A DNA stretch of 64,000 nucleotides from Eledone cirrhosa (GCA_964016885.1 OZ024741.1:8184001-8248000); one strand, 5' to 3'. Counted from the first letter of the stretch, positions 13,312 through 25,678 are shown. Numbers and translations are program-made. The notes: generated by a model not told the origin, from the letters alone.

Positions 13312-13403
<92 letters not shown>
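12296..13403. repeat. (TA)n-dominated region interrupted by short repeat fragments (12633-12846, 13010-13092)
   Basis: Direct reading. Confidence 0.95.
12772..12809 (-). ncRNA. Minimal hammerhead ribozyme with U3-A8 core variant
   Basis: Reverse complement: ccat-TTGAAAA-GCAG-aagaa-CTGC-GAAA-CCGG-TA-aagg, followed by aataaa. Confidence 0.65.
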
Positions 13404-13408
<5 letters not shown>

Positions 13409-14285
13409 TATTTTCCGTTGTGTTGTAATATAAATATTACACACAGTAGATTATCAGCTCACGTAGAGTTTGCTCGACGGTTCCAGTTGTAGTTCCAAAA
13501 GTAATCCGGAGAAAAATAGAAAGATTTGAATGGATACAGTTTAGTTGAAAGGAATTTATTGACACGTGTTTCTATAACAGTTACCATACGGCTTCTATCA
13601 TAGTGGAGCGTTTTCCACCTGACACGTCGAATGAATTCATTAGTTTTTTGAATCATGCTCAATAAATATTCCTTTCTACCTTGGGTTGGTATGTTTTTGA
13701 GTGACATATCCAGGTAGTGATTTTCCATTGTTGTGGTTGCGTTTGCTGTGTGGGTTGCTCGACTTTACAGGAGGTAAATATACAGTATTTTCCGTTGTGT
13801 TGTAATATAAATATTACACACAGTAGATTATCAGCTCACGTAGAGTTTGCTCGACGGTTCCAGTTGTAGTTCCAAAAGTAATCCGGAGAACTGTATCCAT
13901 TCAAATCTTTCTATTTTTCTCCGGATTACTTTTGGAACTACAACTGGAACCGTCGAGCAAACTCTACGTGAGCTGATAATCTACTGTGTGTAATATTTAT
14001 ATTACAACACAACGGAAAATACTGTATATTTACCTCCTGTAAAGTCGAGCAACCCACACAGCAAACGCAACCACAACAATGGAAAAACACTACCTGGATA
14101 TGTCACTCAAAAACATACCAACCCAAGGTAGAAAGGAATATTTATTGAGCATGATTCAAAAAACTAATGAATTCATTCGACGTGTCAGGTGGAAAACGCT
14201 CCACTATGATAGAAGCCGTATGGTAACTGTTATAGAAACACGTGTCAATAAATTCCTTTCAACTAAACTGTATCCATTCAAATCT

Positions 14286-14290
<5 letters not shown>
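13404..14290. mobile_element. Non-autonomous Penelope-like element built from a 377-bp monomer: ~1.3 copies on minus (13404-13890) joined head-to-head to ~1.06 copies on plus (13891-14290), within (TA)n
   Basis: tacagtattttccg recurs at 13404 and 13781, and ctgtatccattcaaatctttcta at 13891 and 14268 (both 377 apart). ORF ...[32 protein letters not shown] resembles the PLE ORF N-terminus. Confidence 0.85.
13459..13728 (-). CDS. 89-aa ORF: PLE polyprotein N-terminal remnant (second copy starts at 14079 on plus)
   Basis: ATG start, SLKNIP..EYL...FIRRVRWK motif. Near-identical in both arms (MEN vs MEK). Expression unknown. Confidence 0.5.
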   Translation of the reverse strand: MENHYLDMSLKNIPTQGRKEYLLSMIQKTNEFIRRVRWKTLHYDRSRMVTVIETRVNKFLSTKLYPFKSFYFSPDYFWNYNWNRRANST

Positions 14291-14364
<74 letters not shown>

Positions 14365-14401
14365 AATAACCAAAGAGTGCTTATAAATACATTGTTTTAT
14401 T

Positions 14402-14448
14402 AGCTAACAGTGTTTCATCCATACCCCATGGCAGGAATCATCAGAGCC
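14402..14448 (-). ncRNA. Type I hammerhead ribozyme motif (family B, left arm)
   Basis: Reverse complement: ggct-CTGATGA-ttcctgccatggggtatggat-GAAA-cactg-TT-agct-aataaa. Confidence 0.72.
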
Positions 14449-15593
14449 TATAAACACGTATATATTAATAGTTGCATGCTCCATCGAGCTGCGTCACCAG
14501 AGCAAGGTTAAATGACCAACAGGGGGAGGGGTCCCAAGGCCAGCGCTATATGGAAAAAGACAGAATACATGATGTACATAATGTCATAAAATGTCTTTAA
14601 AAATTTAAAAATTACACCAAAAATTTATCACTTAAATGGTGCAATAGATGATAAAGAGGTTGGGAGAGGGTAGCAAGGGATGAGTGAGGGTATTACTCAG
14701 CATGGTCAGAAACAATAAGAAAATAATAAAAAAAATAATAAAAAATTATAAAAATACGGGGATAAGAAAAGTGATAAATATAAAAATACAAAACAATAAA
14801 GGCTGTATAGGTACCATACATTTCTTTAACTCGTAGTACTTTCTTTTATTTTTTATTTCAGATTTTAGGTGTATATCCGAGACCGCCTCTGGTGATAAAA
14901 TCCCTGGGTATAGGCTTTGAAAAATCGTGTTATCTCACTTAACGTTCGGAACTGGAACATATCGATGTGGTTCGTAGGGTGCGGATATGATAAGGAGAAG
15001 GGACATGTTACAAGGCGATATAATTGGAGTACACCATCCCTCATATGGACTATCATACATGTAAGGCTGCACCACTGCTAACCAACTATTCTTTTCACAG
15101 ACTCATGCTTGCAAACTCTCTTGATCTGCCTGTACACCCTCTTTTTGCACTGCTTGTGCTTTGATGCATCTATGATTTGCTTTGTCTTATTTTTTTTTGG
15201 GGGGGGGGGGGTTCCAGGCTTTTTGTTCCTTTATTGTTTTGTATTTTTATATTTATCTCTTTTCTTATCCCTGTATTTTTGTACTTTTTATTAATTTTTT
15301 AATTATTTTTAAAAAATTATTTTCTTATTGTTTCTGACCATGCTGAGTAATACCCTCACTCATCCCTTGCTACCCTCTCCCAACCTCTTTATCATCTATT
15401 GCACCATTTAAGTGATACATTTTTTGGTGTAATTTTTAATTTTTAACAACATTTTATGACATTATGTACATCATGTATTCTGTCCTTTTCCATATAGCGC
15501 TGGCCTCGGGACCCCCCCCCTGCTGGTCCTTTAACCTTGTTCTGGTGACGCAGCTCGATGGAGCATGCAACTATTGATATACTCTTGTTTATA

Positions 15594-15640
15594 GGCTCTG
15601 ATGATTCCTGCCATGGAGTATGGATGAAACACTGTTAGCT
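15594..15640 (+). ncRNA. Type I hammerhead ribozyme motif (family B, right arm)
   Basis: ggct-CTGATGA-ttcctgccatggagtatggat-GAAA-cactg-TT-agct, then AATAAA at 15641. Stem I ggct/agct, stem III ACA-c-TGT. Confidence 0.72.
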
Positions 15641-15795
15641 AATAAAACAATGTATTTCTAAGCACTCTTTGGTTATACTCATAACTATAATGGCTCTGTA
15701 GTATACTAGTTATCCTACATTGAGCTAAAACCACACTGTCATACCAGGGCAATATATCTACATGTCTAGGCATATTGATATATTTGTCAACGAAA

Positions 15796-15882
<87 letters not shown>

Positions 15883-15916
15883 ATATACATATATGTGTGT
15901 ATATATATATTTAAAT

Positions 15917-15980
<64 letters not shown>

Positions 15981-16047
15981 ATATAGATATAAAATATATA
16001 TATATATATGTATATATATATATTTATATATATATATATTATATTAT

Positions 16048-16140
<93 letters not shown>
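15796..16140. repeat. (TA)n then (GA)n microsatellite
   Basis: Direct reading. Confidence 0.96.
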
Positions 16141-16142
<2 letters not shown>

Positions 16143-16482
16143 AAGAGTGAAAAATGAGAATTAGTATAACGTAGGTATGTGTCAGGTTGAAGGAACAGCT
16201 ACATGGGATATTATATCTTCAACATTTCCGCGATTCTCATAATATGTTCTAATCAATGATAGATAAAGTTTTCGCAGCATCAGACAGCAAGCTTTTAAGG
16301 AATGGTTGTTAGCAATTGGATAATATAAACCTGTGTTCTTTATATTACAACTAAACCTCGTAAATGAATTTTATATCATGGCGGTAAATTGTGGTGAGGA
16401 GGAGGGGTGACGATTGGATATGAAGGTAATAAGAGATTTGGTCATGCTATCATATAGCACAGATTTACACAAACTTATATTC

Positions 16483-17016
16483 CACCACCACCACAACCAC
16501 AGCCACCACCACAACAACACCACCACCACCACCACCACTACCATCACAGCCACCACCACCACAGCCATCACCACCACCACAGCCACCACTACCACCACCA
16601 CTACCACCACAGCCACCACCAGCACCACAGTCACCACCACCACTACCACCACAGCCACCACCACCACCACAGCCACCACCACTACAGCCACCACCACCAC
16701 CACAGCCACTACCACCACACCACCACCACCACCACCACCACTACCACTACCACCACAGCCACCACCACCACCACCACCACAGCCACCACCACCACAGCCA
16801 CCACCACGACACCACCACCACCACCACCACCACCACCACCACTACCACTACCACCACAGCCACCACCAACACCACCACCACCACAGCCACCACCACCACA
16901 GTCACCACCACGACACCACCACCACCACCACCACCACCATCACCACCACCACCACCACCACCACCACCACCACCACCATCACCACCACAACCACCACCAC
17001 CACTACCACCTCCACC
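16483..17016. repeat. Imperfect (CAC)n trinucleotide tract
   Basis: Direct reading. Source of the poly-H/T/P and poly-V ORFs. Confidence 0.96.
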
Positions 17017-17071
17017 ACATACACCTACCTATCCAAATTCTCATTCCCACTGATTTTATTTCTTCCCTCTC

Positions 17072-17107
<36 letters not shown>

Positions 17108-17643
17108 CATACATGTATATCTATATCCATATATGTGGAGAGGGTGTAAATAAATAAATATATGTATATGTATATGTATATATATATATATATACATATA
17201 TATGTATATTATACATATATATGTATATGTATGTGTATATATATATATATATACACACACACCCATATATATATATATTTACATACACATACATACACAG
17301 TGTATATATACATGTAAATATTTTATATGTATTCACACACACACAGTTACATATGAGGCTGGAATGAAAGTTCTATGTGACTTTCAAGCTGAAAATGTTG
17401 GACAAGAATTATTAAAGTTCTATTCGATGTTTAGTGATGCTATCGTAAATAATATACTTCTCCTTTGTTGAAATTATTGACTGAAACACTTCCATCTTCA
17501 CCCTATCTTTCACCGAACTATAGAAGATATTTGACATGGCGTCTGCTTCTTACTGTTACAGACAGCTCAAAACCAGTGTAGCAGCAACATCCACTCAGAG
17601 TATTTATGATGTCATGGTGACCATTGTTCATATGACAGCGTAT

Positions 17644-17814
17644 TCTTCTTCTTCTTCAGTGGGTCCCATCAGAAGCAACCGACTCCAACTGATCCAGCTG
17701 GATGCCCAAGCGAGACCAGCCAAGCTTGTGGATGTTATCCAACCATCTTGTTCTCCGTCTACCACTGGGTCCCTTGCCGGTTGGTTTTGCCCGTAAAATC
17801 TGTCCAGCGATTCT
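17644..17814 (-). mobile_element. Short 3' end of an RTE LINE with (GAA)n tail
   Basis: Translation RIAGQILRAKPTGKGPSGRRRTRWLDNIHKLGWSRLGI. Homologous to about 4005-4150. Tail reads ttcttcttcttc at 17644-17657. Confidence 0.8.
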
Positions 17815-17894
17815 TAATGTAAATTTAATATGGCAAAGTAGCTGTACTCGTGTTACTTTGTCGGCAATGTGGCAGCTATATGGCATTATGTGGT

Positions 17895-18086
17895 GGTGGT
17901 GGATTGGCAGTATTGGTAGAGGGTTAGACGCCATGCTTTGCAGCAAAGAGTTACGGCCCTTTATGGTCTGAGTTCAAATCCGGCCGAGGTTAACTTCACC
18001 TTTCATCCTTACGGGGTCGATAAAATAAAGTACCAGTAATACACTGGGATAATTGCTGGCCTTGTTCCAAAAGTAGAAACAATTAT
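17895..18086 (+). mobile_element. Full-length tRNA-derived SINE
   Basis: Same A-box, B-box and body as 4475-4663. Confidence 0.9.
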
Positions 18087-18504
18087 GTGGTGGTATGTAA
18101 TATAGAGATGTTAATATTAAGATATGGGGCTTAGTTGTATAGAAGGTGCACTATATTATGTAGATGTGGAAAAAGAAAAGATATTAAGAAAGTATATAAA
18201 TTAAATTAAGGTGATTGAAATTCAGTTGAATTTGTTGAGTGTTTCCACTTAATAAGGAGTTGGCTTTTGAGGTGGAGACAACCTCAAGAAATTTCGTTCT
18301 TTCAGTTCAAATAATTATTGTTCGGAGACGACAAACCTTGTATAATGAAGCGTTTAACACGTGATATGTTTTAGCGTTATTTTTAAGCTCGTACAAGCTC
18401 CTGAAGACTGGGTCACAACTTTGATCCCTCTTACAATCTGGGCCTTGAAACCTAGGTAGAACTTTTGTTTCGTGTATAAACATAAGTAAATAATATATAT
18501 TTAG

Positions 18505-18770
18505 TCCAGAAATAGCCGTCGAAACGGCTTGAGCTCTGCCGTCGGGGGTCATACTTTTTCCTATTTCCCACTCTACTACCCTAAGTATTGAGTACTCTGG
18601 TGCGTTATATATATGTATATATAACGAAGGAAGTGTGGTAAGGAACCAGGTGGACCATAACGCACCAGAGTGCTCGATAATTTGGGTAGTAGAGTGGGTA
18701 ATAGGAAAATCTCCAGAAATAGTCGTCGAAACAGCTTGAACTCTGCCGTCGGGGTCCTGAACATTTTCCC
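18505..18770. repeat. Composite A-B-spacer-B'-A repeat (direct plus inverted)
   Basis: tccagaaatagycgtcgaaacrgcttgarctctgccgtcgggg at 18505 and 18712. About 18555-18609 is the reverse complement of about 18657-18709. Confidence 0.75.
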
Positions 18771-18834
18771 ATATATATATATATAGGTGGCGATATTTTA
18801 GTTATATATTTCTAGCAATATCATACCCTGTTGC

Positions 18835-18946
18835 AGAAGAAGAAGAAGAAGAAGAAGAAGAAGAAGAAGAAGAAGAAGAAGAAGAAGAAGAAGAAGAAGA
18901 AGAAGAAGAAGAAGAAGAAGAAGAAGAAGAAGAAGAAGAAGAAGAA
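18835..18946. repeat. (GAA)n microsatellite
   Basis: Direct reading. Confidence 0.97.
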
Positions 18947-19061
18947 GGTTATCTAGGTGACGAAGATTCCCCCACATGAAAGAAGGACAAGACAACCCCC
19001 CAATAAACGGTGGTATTATCTGTCCTGACACTAATGTGTTATAATAACAGACATCAGGTGA

Positions 19062-22000
19062 TCCATCGCCCTTAATAAGTCCTTAACTAACACCCCCACC
19101 CACCATCCATCGCCCTTAATAAGTCCTTAACTAACAACCTTCACCCCCCATCCATCACCCTTAATAAGTTCTTAACTAACAACCTTCACCCCCCATCCAA
19201 CGCCCTTAATAAGTCCTTAACTAACAACCTTCACCCCCATCCATTGCCCTTAATAAGTCCTTAATTAACAACCTTCACCCCCCATCCAACGCCCTTAATA
19301 AGTCCTTAACTAACAACCTTCACCCCCATCCATTGCCCTTAATAAGTCCTTAACTAACAACCTTCACCCCCCATCCAACGCCCTTAATAAGTCCTTAACT
19401 AACAACCTTCACCCCCATCCATTGCCCTTAATAAGTCCTTAACTAACAACCTTCACCCCCCATCCAACGCCCTTAATAAGTTCTTAACTAACAACCTTCA
19501 ACCCCATCCATCACCCTTAATAAGTCCTTAACTAACAACCTTCACCCCCCATCCAACGCCCTTAATAAGTCCTTAACTAACAACCTTCACCCCCATCCAT
19601 TGCCCTTAATAAGTCCTTAACTAACAACCTTCACCCCCCATCCAACGCCCTTAATAAGTCCTTAACTAACAACCTTCACCCCCATCCATTGCCCTTAATA
19701 AGTCCTTAACTAACAACCTTCACCCCCCATCCAACGCCCTTAATAAGTCCTTAACTAACAACCTTCACCCCCATCCATTGCCCTTAATAAGTCCTTAACT
19801 AACAACCTTCACCCCCATCCATTGCCCTTAATAAGTCCTTAACTAACAACCTTCACCCCCATCCATTGCCCTTAATAAGTCCTTAACTAACAACCTTCAC
19901 CCCCCATCCAACGCCCTTAATAAGTCCTTAACTAACAACCTTCACCCCCATCCATTGCCCTTAATAAGTCCTTAACTAACAACCTTCACCCCCATCCATT
20001 GCCCTTAATAAGTCCTTAACTAACAACCTTCACCCCCCATCCAACGCCCTTAATAAGTCCTTAACTAACAACCTTCACCCCCATCCATTGCCCTTAATAA
20101 GTCCTTAACTAACAACCTTCACCCCCATCCATTGCCCTTAATAAGTCCTTAACTAACAACCTTCACCCCCCATCCATCGCCCTTAATAAGTCCTTAACTA
20201 ACAAGCTTCACCCCCATCCATCGCCCTTAATAAGTCCTTAACTAACAAGCTTCACCCCCATCCATCGCCCTTAATAATTCCTTAACTAACAACCTTCACC
20301 CCCATCCATTGCCCTTAATAAGTCCTTAACTAACAAGCTTCACCCCCATCCATCGCCCTTAATAAGTCCTTAACTAACAAGCTTCACCCCCATCCATTGC
20401 CCTTAATAAGTCCTTAACTAACAACCTTCAACCCCATCCAACGCCCTTAATAAGTTCTTAACTAACAACCTTCAACCCACATCCATCGCCCTTAATAAGT
20501 CCTTAACTAACAAGCTTCACCCCCATCCATCGCCCTTAATAAGTCCTTAACTAACAACCTTCACCCCCATCCATTGCCCTTAATAAGTCCTTAACTAACA
20601 ACCTTCACCCCCCATCCAACGCCCTTAATAAGTTCTTAACTAACAACCTTCAACCCACATCCATCGCCCTTAATAAGTCCTTAACTAACAAGCTTCACCC
20701 CCATCCATCGCCCTTAATAAGTCCTTAACTAACAACCTTCACCCCCATCCATTGCCCTTAATAAGTCCTTAACTAACAACCTTCACCCCCATCCATAGCC
20801 CTTAATAAGTCCTTAACTAACAAGCTTCACCCCCATCCATCGCCCTTAATAAGTCCTTAACTAACAAGCTTCACCCCCATCCATCGCCCTTAATAAGTCC
20901 TTAACTAACAAGCTTCACCCCCATCCATCGCCCTTAATAAGTCCTTAACTAACAAGCTTCACCCCCATCCATTGCCCTTAATAAGTCCTTAACTAACAAC
21001 CTTCACCCCCCATCCAACGCCCTTAATAAGTTCTTAACTAACAACCTTCAACCCACATCCATCGCCCTTAATAAATCCTTAACTAACAACCTTCACCCCC
21101 ATCCATCGCCCTTAATAAGTCCTTAACTAACACCCCCACCCCCATCCATCGCCCTTAATAAGTCCTTAACTAACACCCCCACCCCCATCCATCGCCCTTA
21201 ATAAGTCCTTAACTAACACCCCCACCCCCATCCATCGTCCTTAATAAATCCTTAACTAACACCCCCACCCACCATCCATCGCCCTTAATAAGTCCTTAAC
21301 TAACACCCCACCCCCCATCCATTGCCCTTAATAAGTCCTTAACTAACACCCCACCCCCCATCCATTGCCCTTAATAAGTCCTTAACTAACACCCCACCCC
21401 CCATCCATCGCCCTTAATAAGTCCTTAACTAACACCCCCACCCCCATCCATCGCCCTTAATAAGTCCTTAACTAACACCCCCACCCCCATCCATCGCCCT
21501 TAATAAGTCCTTAACTAACACCCCACCCCCCATCCATTGCCCTTAATAAGTCCTTAACTAACACCCCCACCCCCATCCATCGCCCTTAATAAATCCTTAA
21601 CTAACACCCCTACCCCCATCCATCGTCCTTAATAAGTTCTTAACTAACACCCCTACCCCCATCCATCGCCCTTAATAAGTCCTTAACTAACACCCCACCC
21701 CCCATCCATCGCCCTTAATAAGTCCTTAACTAACACCCCACCCCCCATCCATTGCCCTTAATAAGTCCTTAACTAACACCCCCACCCCCATCCATCGCCC
21801 TTAATAAATCCTTAACTAACACCCCCACCCACCATCCATCGCCCTTAATAAGTCCTTAACTAACACCCCACCCCCATCCATTGCCCTTAATAAATCCTTA
21901 ACTAACAACCTTCACCCCCATCCATCGCCCTTAATAAGTCTTTAACTAACACCCCACCCCCCATCCATCGCCCTTAATAAGTCCTTAACTAACACCCCAC

Positions 22001-23996
22001 CCCCATCCATTGCCCTTAATAAATCCTTAACTAACAACCTTCACCCCCATCCATCGCCCTTAATAAGTCTTTAACTAACACCCCACCCCCCATCCATTGC
22101 CCTTAATAAGTCCTTAACTAACACCCCACCCCCCATCCATTGCCCTTAATAAGTCCTTAACTAACACCCCACCCCCCATCCATCGTCCTTAATAAATCCT
22201 TAACTAACACCCCCACCCACCATCCATCGCCCTTAATAAGTCCTTAACTAACACCCCACCCCCCATCCATCGTCCTTAATAAATCCTTAACTAACACCCA
22301 CACCCACCATCCATCGCCCTTAATAAGTCCTTAACTAACAACCTTCACCCCCATCCATCGTCCTTAATAAATCCTTAACTAACAACCTTCACCCCCATCC
22401 AGCCCTTAATAAGTCCTTAACTAACACCCCCACCCCCCATCCATCGCCCTTAATAAGTCCTTAACTAACAACCTTCACCCACCATCCATCGCCCTTAATA
22501 AGTCCTTAACTAACAACATTCACCCCCATCCATCGTCCTTAATAAATCCTTAACTAACAACCTTCACCCCCATCCATCGTCCTTAATAAGTCCTTAACTA
22601 ACACCCCCACCCACCATCCATCGCCCTTAATAAGTCCTTAACTAACAACCTTCACCCCCATCCATCGCCCTTAATAAGTCCTTAACTAACAAGCTTCACC
22701 CCCATCCATCGCCCTTAATAAGTCCTTAACTAACAACCTTCACCCCCATCCATCGCCCTTAATAAGTTCTTAACTAACACCCCACCCCCATCCATCGTCC
22801 TTAATAAGTCCTTAACTAACAACCTTCACCCCCATCCAGCCCTTAATAAGTCCTTAACTAACACCCCCACCCCCCATCCATCGCCCTTAATAAGTCCTTA
22901 ACTAACAACATTCACCCCCCATCCATCGCTCTTAATAAGTCCTTAACTAACAAACTTCACCCCCCATCCGTCGCCCTTAATAAGTCCTTAACTAACAACC
23001 TTCACCCCCATCCAGCCCTTAATAAGTCCTTAACTAACACCCCCACCCCCCATCCATCGCCCTTAATAAGTCCTTAACTAACAACGTTCACCCGCCATCC
23101 ATCGCCCTTAATAAGTCCTTAACTAACAACCTTCACCCCCATCCATCGCCCTTAATAAGTCCTTAACTAACAACCTTCACCCCCATCCATCGCCCTTTAT
23201 ATGTCCTTAACTAACAACCTTCACCCCCATCCATCGCCCTTTATATGTCCTTAACTAACAACCTTCACCCCCATCCATCGCCCTTAATAAGTCCTTAACT
23301 AACAACCTTCACCCCCATCCATCGCCCTTAATAAGTCCTTAACTAACAACCTTCACCCCCATCCATCGCCCTTTATATGTCCTTAACTAACAACCTTCAC
23401 CCCCATCCATCGCCCTTTATATGTCCTTAACTAACACCCCTCACCCCCATCCATCGCCCTTAATAAGTCCTTAACTAACAACCTTCACCCCCATCCATCG
23501 CCCTTTATATGTCCTTAACTAACAACCTTCACCCCCATCCATCGCCCTTAATAAGTCCTTAACTAACAACCTTCACCCCCATCCATCGCCCTTAATATGT
23601 CCTTAACTAACAACCTTCAGCCCCATCCATCGCCCTTTATATGTCCTTAACTAACAACCTTCACCCCCATCCATCGCCCTTAATAAGTCCTTAACTAACA
23701 ACCTTCACCCCCATCCGTCGCCCTTAATAAGTCCTTAACTAACAACCTTCACCCCCATCCATCGCCCTTAATAAGTCCTTAACTAACAACCTTCACCCCC
23801 ATCCATCGCCCTTAATAAGTCCTTAACTAACAACCTTCACCCCCCATCCAACGCCCTTAATAAGTCCTTAACTAACAACCTTCACCCCCATCCATTGCCC
23901 TTAATAAGTCCTTAATTAACAACCTTCACCCCCATCCATCGCCCTTAATATGTCCTTAACTAACAACCTTCACCCCCATCCATCGCCCTTAATAAG
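19062..23996. repeat. 44/45-bp tandem array (CCATCCATCGCCCTTAATAAGTCCTTAACTAACAACCTTCACCC), about 110 copies
   Basis: Period 44 (e.g. 23281 to 23325). Variant blocks: alternating 44/45 units, aagctt units, acccc units, tttatatg units. Confidence 0.98.
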
Positions 23997-25678
23997 CCTC
24001 ACAACATCCAGTGAGACTAGCCTCACAACATCAAGTGAGACTAGCCACACAACATCAAGTGAGACTAGCCTCACAACAACAAGTGAGACTAGCCTGACAA
24101 ACATCAAGCGGGACTAGCCTCACAACATTAAGCGAGACTAGCCTCACAACATCAAGTGAGACTAGCCTCACAACATCAAGCGGGACTAGCCTCACAACAC
24201 CAAGCGAGACTAGCCTCACAACATCCAGTGAGACTAGCCTCACAATATCAAGTGAGACTAGCCTCACAACATCAAGTGAGACTAGCCTCACAACAACAAG
24301 TGAGACTAGCCTCACAACATCAAGCGGGACTAGCCTCACAACATCAAGTGAGACTAGCCTCACAACATTAAGCGAGACTAACCTCACAACATCAAGTGAG
24401 ACTAGCCTCACAACAACAAGTGAGACTAGCCTCACAACAACAAGTGAGACTAGCCTCACAACATCAAGCGAGACTAGCCTCACAACAACAAGTGAGACAA
24501 GCCTCACAACATCAAGCGAGACTAGCCTCACAACATCCAGTGAGACTAGCCTCACAACAACAAGTGAGACTAGCCTCACAACATCAAGTGAGACTAGCCT
24601 CACAACAACAAGTGAGACTAGCCTCACAACAACAAGTGAGACTAGCCTCACAACATCAAGTGAGACTAGCCTCACACCAACAAGTGAGACTAGCCTCACA
24701 ACAACAAGTGAGACTAGCCTCACAACACCAAGCGAGACTAGCCTCACAACATCAAGTGAGACTAGCCTCACAACATCAAGCGAGACTAGCTTCACAACAT
24801 CAAGTGAGACTAGCCTCACAACATCAAGTGAGACTAGCCTCACAACAACAAGTGAGACTAGCCTCACAACATCAAGTGAGACTAGCCTCACAACAACAAG
24901 TGAGACTAGCCTCACAACATCAAGTGAGACTAGCCTCACAACATCAAGTGAGACTAGCCTCACAACAACAAGTGAGACTAGCCTCACAACAATAAGTGAG
25001 ACTAGCCTCACAACATCAAGCGGGACTAGCCTCACAACATCAAGTGAGACTAGCCTCACAACAACAAGTGAGACTAGCCTCACAACAATAAGTGAGACTA
25101 GCCTCACAACATCAAGCGGGACTAGCCTCACAACATCAAGTGAGACTAGCCTCACAACATCAAGTGAGACTAGCCTCACAACATTAAGCGAGACTAGCCT
25201 CACAATATCAAGTGAGACTAGCCTCACCACAACAAGTGAGACTAGCCTCACAACACCAAGCGGGACTAGCCTCACAACATTAAGCGGGACTAGCCTCACT
25301 ACATTAAGTGAGACTAGCCTCACAACATCAAGTGAGACTAGCCTCAAAACATTAAGCGAGACTAGCCTCACAATATCAAGTGAGACTAGCCTCACAACAA
25401 CAAGTGAGACTAGCCTCACAACAATAAGTGAGACTAGCCTCACAACATCAAGCGGGACTAGCCTCACAACATCAAGTGAGACTAGCCTCACAACATTAAG
25501 CGAGACTAGCCTCACAATATCAAGTGAGACTAGGCTCACAACAACAAGTGAGACTAGCCTCACAACACCAAGCGGGACTAGCCTCACAACATTAAGCGGG
25601 ACTAGCCTCACAACATTAAGTGAGACTAGCCTCACAACATCAAGTGAGACTAGCCTCACAACATTAAGTGAGACTCAC
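23996..25678. repeat. 24-bp tandem array (GCCTCACAACATCAAGTGAGACTA), about 70 copies
   Basis: Direct reading, period 24. Confidence 0.98.

Larger units (their letters stand above)
14366..15676. mobile_element. PLE-like insertion: ~440-bp inverted arms (14366-14802 / 15228-15676) around a ~425-bp spacer
   Basis: Arms are reverse complements with scattered mismatches. Each carries an HHR near its outer end. Confidence 0.85.

Noticed and set aside
16371-17157. His/Thr/Pro-rich mucin-like ORF
   Set aside because: Translation of an imperfect (CAC)n microsatellite that runs into (TA)n.
17352-17400. Mariner-like terminal inverted repeat (tatgaggctggaatgaaagtt)
   Set aside because: No matching second TIR or transposase remnant found.
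24055-25659. 534-aa ORF (VVRLVSLD)n and plus-strand (VRLASQHQ)n ORFs as repeat proteins
   Set aside because: A 24-bp unit preserves frame automatically. No ATG start, no unique flanking coding sequence and no splice evidence.
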